A DNA stretch of 61,064 bases from Macrostomum lignano (lineage: Eukaryota), in assembly GCA_002269645.1 (NCBI GenBank), contig NIVC01002772.1, positions 1 through 61,064 on the forward strand, given 5' to 3'. The position numbers and the translations under genes were made by a program. The notes beneath the pieces are model-generated. The model had not been told where the DNA came from, ran no database searches, and was given only the letters and a program-made list of their open reading frames with translations. This document shows positions 35,485 through 47,400 of this stretch, piece by piece. Position 1 is the first letter of the stretch. Every line of letters begins with the position of its first letter.

Positions 35485-38400
35485 TCACACTTGGCTGATC
35501 GGAGCGCCGAAAAACCGGCCGCCAGCCGGGGCGGCGCGCACGAATCGCGGGGGCGGCGGCGGCGGCGCGCCCTGCTGCGGGAGGTAGAGGCGCAGCGTGG
35601 CCGTTACCACCTGCTGCTGCTGCCGGTGCTGCTGGAAGGCCGCCGAGCTGCCCGAAATGGGCGGCGTTGCAGCTGGCGAGGCCTCGCCGCCGCTCTCCTC
35701 CGGGATGGTGTTCAGCGACCGCTGGCTGGCCGTGTAGGCCGCCTCCGCCGCAGCCGCAGCCGCCGCCTCCGGGTAGCTGGGCGGCGAGGGCCGGACTGGC
35801 GGCGGCGGCGACTCGTCTGAGGAGGCGGAGGACGAAGAAGATGAGGAGGACGGCGAGGAGCCCCGTCGGCGCCTCCGAGACCGCCTATGTCGGTGCGCGG
35901 CCGGCCGCCTGCCGTTCTCGTCCTCGCTGTCGCTGCTGTAATCGTCATAGTCGTCGTTGGAGCTCGGCGACGCGCCCGATTGCTGCAGTGCCTGCCGACG
36001 TGGCGGCTTCGGTGACGGCGGCGGCCGGAGGTGGTGCGGCGGCAGCGCCTGAGGTGCCGGACTGGCGACGGCGGCCACCAAGGCGGCATTGGCGACGGCG
36101 GCAGCGACCCCAGCGACCAGCGGGCCGCCCAGGCAGGCGGTCAGCAGCGGCGAGCCCGGGAAGGCGGAGGCAGCAAAGGCGGCCAGGGCGGTCGGAGCGG
36201 CCAGGGCGGCGGCCCAGAGCAGCGCCGCCAGCGGCCAGTCCGGCCTGAACTGCGGCCTCCGCTTCGACAGCTGCTGCTGCTGGCCCGAGGCCTCCACGTT
36301 GTCGCTTCTCTGCTTCTGTCTGCTTCCAGAGTCTGCCTCTTCTGCCGGCCTGGTGTCTTCTGCTCCTGGCCAGGGGGTCAGGGCCAGTTCGGCGGCGGCG
36401 GGGGACGGCGGGGGCTGCAGGCTGAGTTGCTGCAAAGTGGGGGAGAAATTGTTAGCTTTGCAGCCACCCTCACCATCTCAGTCTCACCCAACTCTGTCTC
36501 ACCCACCTCAGTCTCACTCACCTCAGTCTCACCCACCTCAGTCTCACCCATCTCACTCTCACCCATTTTACCCTCACCCATCTCAGTCTCACCCACCTCA
36601 GTCTCACCCACCTCAGTCTCACCCATCTCAGTCTCACCCACCTCAGTCTCACCCACCTCAGTCTCACCCACCTCAGTCTCACCCACCTCAGTCTCACCAA
36701 TCTCAGTCTCACCCATCTCAGTCTCACCCATCTCAGTCTCCCCCATGTCACTCTCACCCATCTCAGTCTCCCCCATGTCACTCTCACCCATCTCACTCTC
36801 ACCCATGTCAGTCTCACCCATCTCACTCTCACCCATCTCAGTCTCCCCCATCTCACTCTCACCCATCTCAGTCTCCCCCATGTCACTCTCACCCATCTCA
36901 GTCTCACCCATGTCACTCTCACTCATCTCAGTCTCACCCATGTCACTCTCACCCATCTCAGTCTCACCCATCTCAGTCTCCCTCATGTCACTCTCACCCA
37001 TCTCACTCTCACCCATGTCAGTCTCACCCATCTCACTCTCACCCATCTCAGTCTCCCCCATGTCACTCTCACCCATCTCAGTCTCACCCATGTCACTCTC
37101 ACCCATCTCAGTCTCACCCATGTCACTCTCACCAATCTCAGTCTCACCCATCTCAGTCTCCCCCATGTCACTCTCACCCATCTCACTCTCACCCATGTCA
37201 GTCTCCCCCATGTCACTCTCACCCATCTCACTCTCACCCATGTCACTCTCACCCATCTCAGTCTCACCCATGTTACCCTCACCCATCTCAGTCTCCCCCA
37301 TGTCACTCTCACCCATCCCAGTCCCCCATATGTCACTCTCACCCATCCCAGACCCCCCCCCATGTCGCTCTCACCCATCCCAGTCCCCCCATGTCACTCT
37401 CACCCATCTCACCCAGCTACATGCCACCCTCGCACATCATACTCTCCTCAGCGCCCCGGAGCCCAGCCACTTACAAAGACCAGCATCAGGTTCACAAAGA
37501 ACATGACGGGAAAGGCCAGGGCCGCTCCTGTGCAGGTCAGCAGGTTCAGAGGAATCCCAGATGCCCACAGCATCGCAGCCAGCTGCAGCAGGTTGATGAG
37601 GCACAGCGCGGACTGCAATTTACGGGGATGTTGGTGAGGGCCGATGAAGGATTTGTCATGGTGGAGATGGAAAGAGGTCAGTTGACCCCCCCCAAAGATC
37701 CTCACTCACTAATCCACAGACTAAAAACTTCAGACAAGACAAAAAAATCGCAGCAGAACTCACGCAGACTACTGCCGGCAGTAGTTTGCAGAAGACGGCC
37801 AGGCTGGCCAGGGCGGCGGCGGCGAGCAGCAGCGACATCAGGCCGGCCATCTTGCCGGCGTCGATCCAGTCGGGAGAGTGAAAGTCGAACACTGGCCCGG
37901 ACACCGTGTGCTGCAGGCCCAGCTGACTGAATCGCTGGCTGACGTCCTTGATTCGAGCCCCGGCCTGCAGGTAAGCCCTCGTGCTGTTCAAGCCGCTGAG
38001 CTGGAGCACGCTCTGCACGAGTTCGAGCTCCTTGGACGGCGGAATGTACTGCAGATGGGGGTGCCTGGGCTGCACAGCGTACTGCTCCGGCTTGGGCAGC
38101 AGCAGGGAGTTGGCGAACTCGTAGGACATACCGGACTGGGAATACCAGCTGGTCAGGCAGGTGTAAAACCTGCCAGGGCTGATCACCCCGTGCTTGTCCA
38201 CCAGCCGGCCCCTGTCCGCCTCCAGCTGCGGGATTCGGGATTATTGGGGTGACGATTCGTTGCCTGGATTTCTCACCTGCCTGCATTTCATTTCTCACCT
38301 GCCTGCATTTCATTTCTCACCTGCCTGCATTTCATTTCTCACCTGCCTGCATCTCATTTCTCATCTGTCTGCATCTTATTTCTCACCTGCCTGCATCTCC

Positions 38401-41400
38401 TTTCTCACCTGCCTGCATCTCCTTTTTCACCTGTCTGCATCTCATTTCTCACCTGCCTGCATCTCATTTCTCACCTGCCTGCATCTCATTTTTCATCTGC
38501 CTGCATCTCATTTTTCATCTGCCTGCATCTCGTTTTTCACCTGCCTGCATCTCATTTCTCACCTGTCTGCACCTTATTTCTCACCTGCCTGCATCTCATT
38601 TCTCACCTGCCTGCATCTCATTTCCCATCTGCCTGCATCTCATTTCTCACCTGCCTGCATCTCAATTTTCATCTGCCTGCATCTCATTTCCCATCTGCCT
38701 GCATCTCATTTCTCACCTGCCTGCATCTCAATTTTCATCTGCCTGCATCTCATTTCTCATCTGCCTGCATCTCAATTTTCATCTGCCTGCATCTCATTTT
38801 TCATCTGCCTGCATCTCATTTCTCACCTGCCTGCATCTCATTTTTCATCTGCCTGCATCTCATTTTTCATCTGCCTGCATCTCATTTCTCACCTGCCTGC
38901 ATCTCATTTTTCATCTGCCTGCATCTCATTTTTCATCTGCCTGCATCTCATTTTTCATCTGCCTGCATCTCGTTTTTCACCTGCCTGCATCTCATTTCTC
39001 ACCTGTCTGCACCTTATTTCTCACCTGCCTGCATCTCATTTCTCACCTGCCTGCATCTCATTTCCCATCTGCCTGCATCTCATTTCTCACCTGCCTGCAT
39101 CTCAATTTTCATCTGCCTGCATCTCAATTTTCATCTGCCTGCATCTCATTTCCCATCTGCCTGCATCTCATTTCTCACCTGCCTGCATCTCAATTTTCAT
39201 CTGCCTGCATCTCATTTCTCACCTGTCTGCACCTTATTTCTCACCTGCCTGCATTTCATTTCTCACCTGCGAGAATCTCATTTCTCACCTGCCGGAATCC
39301 CATTTCTTTTCTTACCTAATTCTCTTTTAATCCAACACAAAATATCCAATCTTTACCTACCTGAATCACAATGCACCCACTTGAATCCCATTCAACCCAC
39401 CTGAATCCCATTCAACCCACCTGAATCCCATTCAACCCACCTGAATCCCATTCAACCCATCTGAATCCCATTCAACCCACCTGAATCCTAGTCAACCCAC
39501 CTGAATCCCATTCAACCCACCTGAATCCCATTCAACCCACCTGAATCCCAGTCAGCCCACCTGAATCCCATTCAACCCACCTGAATCCCATTCAACCCAC
39601 CTGAATCCCATTCAACCCACCTGAATCCCAGTCAACCCACCTGAATCCCATTCAACCCACCTGAATCCCAGTCAACCCACCTGAATCCCTGTCAATCACG
39701 CAGAGAACTCCCTCTTCCTATTCCCAGGTGACTCACCGCAGTCAGGTCGTACTCATCGAACCTGCCAGTCTGCACGAGCAGGTGAGCAGCCAGAATGCCT
39801 TCGTCCGAGGCGGCCTCGGTGAAGTTCAGGCCGTCCTCCTTGGAGCTGAGCCTCGTGCTGATGCTGCCCAGCCGAACGTCCTCGTCAAAGCGGCTCTGCA
39901 GCCGCAGCAGCCAGGCCCGGAACTCATCCAGCCAGAACGGGCCGCTGCCGCTGCTATTGGCGAATGGCAGCTCGGCGAGGGCGAGGAACAGCCGCCTGGT
40001 GAGCAGCTGCTGACGAGGGTAGTCGATTTTCTGAGGGTCGGCGGGGTGGCGGGTTGGAAGGGCTTGGCCACGCGTGCTGGGTCTCGTTTAATCCCTGTCT
40101 CAACAACAGCTCGAATCCCACCCGAATCCCACCCAAATCCTAGCCAAATCCCATCAGAACCCCACCCAGCCCCATCAGAATGCCACCCCAGCCCTATCAG
40201 AATGCCACCCCAGCCTCATCAGAATCCCACCCCAGCCCTATCAGAATGCCACCCCAGCCTCATCAGAATCCCACCCCAGCCTCATCAGAATCCCACCCAA
40301 GCCTCATCAGAATCCCACCCAGCCTCATCAGAATCCCACCCCAGCCTCATCAGAATGCCACTCCAGCCTCATCAGAATCCCACTCCAGCCTCATCAGAAT
40401 CCCACCCCAGCCTCATCAGAATGCCACCCCAGCCTCATCAGAATCCCACCCAAGCCTCATCAGAATCCCACATCAGCCTCATCAGAATCCCAACCCAGCC
40501 TCATCAGAATGCCACCCCAGCCCCATCAGAATCCCAACCCAGCCTCATCAGAATCCCAAACTGCCTCATCAGAATCCCAACCCAGCCTCATCAGAAGGCC
40601 ACCCCAGCCCCATCAGAATCCCAACCCAGCCTCACCCCAATGCGGAGCTGCAGTGCTGAGTCAGCGTACAACAGTCTCCTGTTAGCCAGGAAGGTGAACT
40701 CCTGGCAGCGGGCCGGCAGCAGCTCCACCGGGTTGTAGTCGGTCAGCTCGGCCAGGCGCCAGCAGGCGACACCGCCGAGAAGGCAGGCGGAGCCGACGCC
40801 GATTCCAGCCAAGATGGCTGCCAGCCAGCGCCGCCGACGCGTGCTCAGGCATCGGGCAACCCGACGGTCGAGACGGCTGCCCAGGCTGCGCGGCAAGGAG
40901 AGCTTCGCGCTGGCTGACTCTCTGGCCAATCGGCAGCAGACCAGGTCGGCTCCGAGGCGCCGCCGTCGGGCGCAGTCGGCGGCCAGAACGGCAGGCACGC
41001 CGGCCAGGCACAGCAGGGCCAGCTGCAGTCCGTTGGCTGCCCAGTGCCGGCAAAGAAGGCGAACGGCGGCCAGGGGGTCAGCAGGGAGCCGGCGGCGGCC
41101 GCCTGGCACACCAGCAGGAATGCCAGGGTCTGGGGCGCCGTGCGCTGCATCAGCACTGGGATGACGGCCTGCGGGATTGGGGTCGTTTGAGGATGGTTTG
41201 TTGGTGGGAGTGGGAAGACTAATCTATGAGAAAGATAGTCTATGGGAAGAAGTCTGGGAAGAACAGTATGGGAAGAAAATTCTATGGGAAGAACAGTCTA
41301 TGGGTAGAATAGTCTATGGGAAGAATAGTCTATGGGAAGAACAGTCTATGGAAAGAACATTCTATGGGAAGAAAAGTCTATGGGAAGAATAGTCTATGGG

Positions 41401-44400
41401 AAGAACAGTCTATGGGAAGAAAAGTCTATGGGAAGAATAGTCTATGGGAAGAACAGTCTATGGGAAGAATAGTCTATGGGAAGAATAGTCTATGGGAAGT
41501 ATAGTCTATGGGAAGAATAGTCTATGGGAAGAAGTCTATGGGAAGTATAGTCTATGGGAAGAATAGTCTATGGGAAGAACAGTCTATGGGAAGTATAGTC
41601 TATGGGAAGAATAGTCTATGGGAAGAACAGTCTATGGGAAGAAGTCTATGGGAAGAATAGTCTATGGGAAGAACAGTCTATGGGAAGAACAGTCTATGGG
41701 AAGAAGTCTAAGGTATGGGAAGAAGTCTAAGGGAAGGATAGTCTATGGGAAGAAGTCTATGGGAAGAAGTCTATGGGAAGAATAGTCTATGGGAAGAATA
41801 GTCTATGGGAAGAAGTCTATGGGAAGAATAGTCTATGGGAAGAATAGTCTATGGGAAGAACAGTCTATGGGAAGAAGTCTATGGGAAGAATAGTCTATGG
41901 GAAGAACAGTCTATGGGAAGTATAGTCTATGGGAAGAATAGTCTATGGGAAGAAGTCTATGGGAAGTATAGTCTATGGGAAGAATAGTCTATGGGAAGAA
42001 CAGTCTATGGGAAGTATAGTCTATGGGAAGAATAGTCTATGGGAAGAACAGTCTATGGGAAGAAGTCTATGGGAAGAATAGTCTATGGATAGCGAAAGGA
42101 AATGACTCCATCATCACAGGTGGGCAGAAGGAACTCACGTGATGCTGGGCAGGCTCGCTAGTCTGGTACAGGTGATTGTAGCAATTGGCCATTAGCAAGC
42201 AATAGAAGGTGCCGATTCCCAGCTGAACAAATGGCAGCACCTGTAGGAATGGAGCAGGTGTGTTTTTTAATTTTCATAATATAATGATTTATTTAATGCC
42301 AAGCGGGATACACAATTCCAAACTTGATTGATTCTTCCGACTTCAGATTCGAATCCTACCAGTATACACGATATTCCCCAATCCCGATAGTTAAATCTAG
42401 GAACTATCCCCAATTCTAGACATAAAATCACGGCTCATATCCAAAATCCCTGTTCCCATATACCGATTATTAAATCCCAAATCCCGAATCCCTGCTTTCG
42501 AATACGAGATCCTAAATCCTAGATCCCGAATCCCAGATCCCACAGCTAAAATCCCAAATCCCAGGTTTTAAATCCCAGGTTCCAAATTCCAGATCCCAAC
42601 TCCCAAGTAAAAAATTCCAGATCGGAAATCCCAATGATTCCCAAATCTCAGATACCAAATCGCAGATCTCGAATCCCAGATCCCAAATCCCAGATCTCGA
42701 ATCCCAGATCCCAAATCTTCAACCCAATATACCAATACCCGATCCCGGATCCCAGCACGCACCTGCACGGACAGCAGGTCCAGCGGCACGCGGCACCAGC
42801 AGGCGAGCCCGAGGCCGCCGGTGACGGACAACAGCAGCAGCGGCAGGGTCAGGCAGGCGACAGTCAGCTGGCTGTGCAGCAGCGAGTGCGAGTCGAACAG
42901 GACGGCCATGACGTAGGCGCAGCAGCCGGCGATCAGGAGGCTCCACTTGGTCCAGTGAACGGCGCGGGTGGCCTCGCCGAGAGCCTCGTTGACTGACTGC
43001 TGCTCGTTGAATGCCACGAAGATGGGCTCCTCGTGCCGGCTGTTCTCCTCGGCGACCAGCTGCGGGGGCGGGTAGTGGTCTTGAGTTCGAGTCCCAGCAA
43101 AAAAAACAATACACACAGTCCCAGTTCCGAGTCCCAACAGTCACACAGTCCTAGTCCCGAGTCCCAACAGTCACACAGTCCTAGTCCTGAGTCCCAACAG
43201 TCACACAGTCCTAGTCCCGAGTCCCAACAGTCACACAGTCCCAGTCCCGAGTCCCAACAGTCACACAGTCCAATTCCCGAGTCCCAACAGTCACACAGTC
43301 CAAGTTCCGAGTCCCAACAGTCACACAGTCCCAGTCCCGAGTCCGGCGCGCCCACCTTGTTAAAGTGCTCCCACCAGGCGTCCAGCAGCCGCTTAGTCTT
43401 ATCAAGCGACCAGTCGTTAAGCGGTTGATTTTGCCGATATTCGCGCAGCAGATGTTCGGGACTCTTGAGCACCAAGGCGCTGAGCAGAGCCCGGCCGCTG
43501 GTCAGCCGGCCAGTGTCCGGGTCGCGGCTGGCGCCGCCAATCAGCTTCTCGGCTGGCCAGTTGATGAGCTTCTCGGCGAAGCCGGAGCAGCCAGGGCTCA
43601 GCGTGTCCAGCACGCTGTGGTTGGCCCTGGCCCGGCCGGCCGGGGGGCATTGCGGATCGCCGGGGTCCAGGCAGGGGCGCCGGGTGTAGCCGTGCCTCAG
43701 GCCCACGCTGGACAGGGCCCGGGCCAGTCGGTCTATCGGGTGATGACGCCGCTCGGAGTCTGGGGACGCGCCTGGGTGCTTAGGCGGGAAGCTGCTAGTC
43801 TTGATAATGCGGGTGTATGACTGCAGCACCGACTGCGGGTCCAGGTTGGTCCAGCGGTAGGTCCGGTCCAGGTCCTTCAGGCTGGCCGGCGATGCGTTGG
43901 GGAGGCTGCGAACGGGAGCGGATTGGAGATGGAGAAGAGTGAGGTTTCAGGTGGTTTAGGGTGAAATTGTAGATGGAAAAGGACGAGCTTGGGGGATTAG
44001 GGCACGAGATTGAGTAGATTAGGGTGATATTGAGGGGATTAGGATGAGATTTAGGGGATTAGGGTGAGATTGAGGGGATTAGGATGAGATTGAAGGGATT
44101 AGGGTGAGATTGAGGGGATTAGGGTGAGATTGAAGGGATTAGGGCGAGATTGAGGGGATTAGGGTGAGATTAAGGGGATTATGGTGAGCGGAAAGACAGA
44201 GATAGGTGATATTGTGGATGGAGAAGGGTGAAATTGCAAATAGATGGAGAGGATATTAGGGCTACTAAAAGTCAGAATAGATCTTTTTGTTTTCTGTTAA
44301 CTAAGCCCTACTCAGAGTAGCGTGTTCAGCGCATTCCAGCGCATCGAGCAGCAGAATGTAGAAAGCAAGGCCGGCAGGCAAATGGAAAGTGAGCCAGTTG

Positions 44401-47400
44401 AGTCAGCAGGGCACTGGCTGGACTCTCACGCACCGGGGGACCCCCAGGCTGATGACTTTTTTCTCTTTTTTTCGAAGCACTTACTCTATTAAGAAAGAAG
44501 ACAGGCAGGCGGTCACAGGTAGAAAATGAGAATTCGCAGTGAGAGTGGCGAGTGCGAGTATCCAGTGGGGGGTGGGTATCCCGAGTTTTGAGTCATCTGA
44601 TTCAAGCAGTTTGAGACTCATTCAAGAGGCGCAGAGCTCGCCAATGCGCAGTGAAATGATTTTGAGGCAGGAGTTGAGCTGACAGGCACGCAGACAGATA
44701 TGAATCTATGAGTATGAGACATTCTGGCTGGGCTGGGGACCCACCGCAGCCGCTTTGTCTTCCGAGTGGGAGGGGCTCGGAGCGCATCTGTGCTTGAATT
44801 CCATTCCATAAAAGACAGTCGCCACTTGCCAGGCGCAATTTGGCCACTGTGTTCCTTTTTGGCGGGCAAATTCTGAGTTGGGTTATTCATACGGCCTGTT
44901 ATTATTGGGGACTTTGACGATTTTGAGGATCTCAGAATCGGGATTTCAGAATCGGGATTTCAGAATCGGGATTTCAGAATCGGGATTTCAGGGTCGGGAT
45001 TTCAGAATCGGGATTTCAGGGTCGGGATTTCAGATTCGGGATCAAGATCTCAGAATCGGGATTTCAGGGTCGGGATTTCAGATTCGGGATCAAGATCTCA
45101 GAATCGGGATTTCAGAATCGGGATTTCAGAATCGGGATTTCAGAATCTAGATCTCAGAATCGGGATTTCAGGGTCGGGATTTCAGAATCTAGATCTCAGA
45201 ATCGGGATTTCAGGGTCGGGATTTCAGATTCGGGATCAAGATCTCAGAATCGGGATTTCAGGGTCGGGATTTCAGATTCGGGATCAAGATCTCAGAATCG
45301 GGATTTCAGATTCGGGATCAAGATCTCAGAATCGGGATTTCAGAGTCGGGATCAAGATCTCAGAATCGGGATTTCAGAGTCGGGATCAAGATCTCAGAAT
45401 CTAGATCTCAGAATCGGGATTTCAGGGTCGGGATTTCAGAGTCGGGATCAAGATCTCAGAATCGGGATTTCAGAGTCGGGATCAAGATCTCAGAATCGGG
45501 ATTTCAGAGTCGGGATCAAGATCTCAGAATCGGGATTTCAGAGTCGGGATCAAGATCTCAGAATCGGGATTTCAGAGTCGGGATCAAGATCTCAGAATCG
45601 GGATTTCAGAGTCGGGATCAAGATCTCAGAATCGGGATTTCAGATTCGGGATCAAGATCTCAGAATCGGGATTTCAGATTCGGGATTTCAGAAATGCGGC
45701 TCTCACTAGCTGCCCATCAGTCCGATTCCCGGCAGCCGGACTGACCCCCTCGGCCCGAGCAGCTTGGCGCCCTCCCAGAAGCAGTCCAACGGGGTGACAA
45801 TCCGGCAGGGCAGCAGGGCCTCCATGAAGCCGCGCACGTGATCGGGGATCTCCAGCTGGCCGAGGTCGAATTTCAGGCACAGCTGCTCCAGCCTGATGGA
45901 CTGCACGGGCAGGTTGAAGACTCGAACGTCTGCGCTGACTACCCGTTCCAGCAGGCGCATGTGGGCGAGCAGCTGCCGCTTCGTCAGGACGGAGTCCGCG
46001 GCGGTGTTGTCGTCGGCGGCGTCGGCTGATGGCGGCTCCTGCCGACGAGAGGGGAGCTGCATGAGCAGCTGAGTTGAGGAGGACATCACGCTGGGATAGT
46101 TGCGGAGCAGCTCTGAATCCTGGGCCTTGGCGCTGCGACCTTCGTCTGTGGGTTGAGTGGGAGATGGAATTAGGCTAACCCTTCTCTGTTGTGAGTAAAC
46201 TGGAATGGATTTTGAAGTTGGAATTGTCAGATTTTGAAGTTGGAATGGTCAGATTCTGAAGTTGGAATGGTCAGATTCTGAAATTGGAATTGTCAGATTC
46301 TGAAATTGGAATTGTCAGATTCTGAAATTGGAATGGTCAGATTCTGAAGTTGGAATTGTCAGATTCTGAAATTGGAATTGTCAGATTCTGAAGTTGGAAT
46401 TGTCAGATTCTGAAATTGGAATTGTCAGATTCTGAAATTGGAATGGTCAGATTCTGAAGTTGGAATTGTCAGATTCTGAAATTGGAATGGTCAGATTCTG
46501 AAATTGGAATTGTCAGATTCTGAAATTGGAATGGTCAGATTCTGAAGTTGGAATTGTCAGATTCTGAAATTGGAATGGTCAGATTCTGAAATTGGAATGG
46601 TCAGATTCTGAAATTGGAATTGTCAGATTCTGAAATTGGAATTGTCAGATTCTGAAATTGGAATGGTCAGATTCTGAAATTAGAATGGTCAGATTCTGAA
46701 ATTGGAATGGTCAGATTCTGAAGTTGGAATGGTCAGATTCTGAAATTGGAATTGTCAGATTCTGAAATTGGAATGGTCAGATTCTGAAATTGGAATGGTC
46801 AGATTCTGAAGTTGGAATTGTCAGATTCTGAAGTTGGAATTGTCAGATTCTGAAATTGGAATGGTCAGATTCTGAAGTTGGAATTGTCAGATTCTGAAAT
46901 TGGAATTGTCAGATTCTGAAATTGGAATGGTCAGATTCTGAAATTGGAATGGTCAGATTCTGAAATTGGAATGGTCAGATTCTGAAATTGGAATGGTCAG
47001 ATTCTGAAGTTGGAATTGTCAGATTCTGAAATTGGAATGGTCAGATTCTGAAGTTGGAATTGTCAGATTCTGAAATTGGAATTGTCAGATTCTGAAATTG
47101 GAATTGTCAGATTCTGAAATTGGAATGGTCAGATTCTGAAATTAGAATGGTCAGATTCTGAAATTGGAATGGTCAGATTCTGAAATTGGAATGGTCAGAT
47201 TCTGAAATTGGAATGGTCAGATTCTGAAGTTGGAATTGTCAGATTCTGAAATTGGAATTGTCAGATTCTGAAATTGGAATGGTCAGATTCTGAAGTTGGA
47301 ATTGTCAGATTCTGAAATTGGAATGGTCAGATTCTGAAATTGGAATGGTCAGATTCTGAAATTGGAATTGTCAGATTCTGAAATTGGAATTGTCAGATTC

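Noticed and set aside
36031-39330. Long + strand ORFs (491, 613, 378 and 356 aa)
   Set aside because: They are antisense to GC-rich ptc exons and run into 15- and 22-bp arrays.
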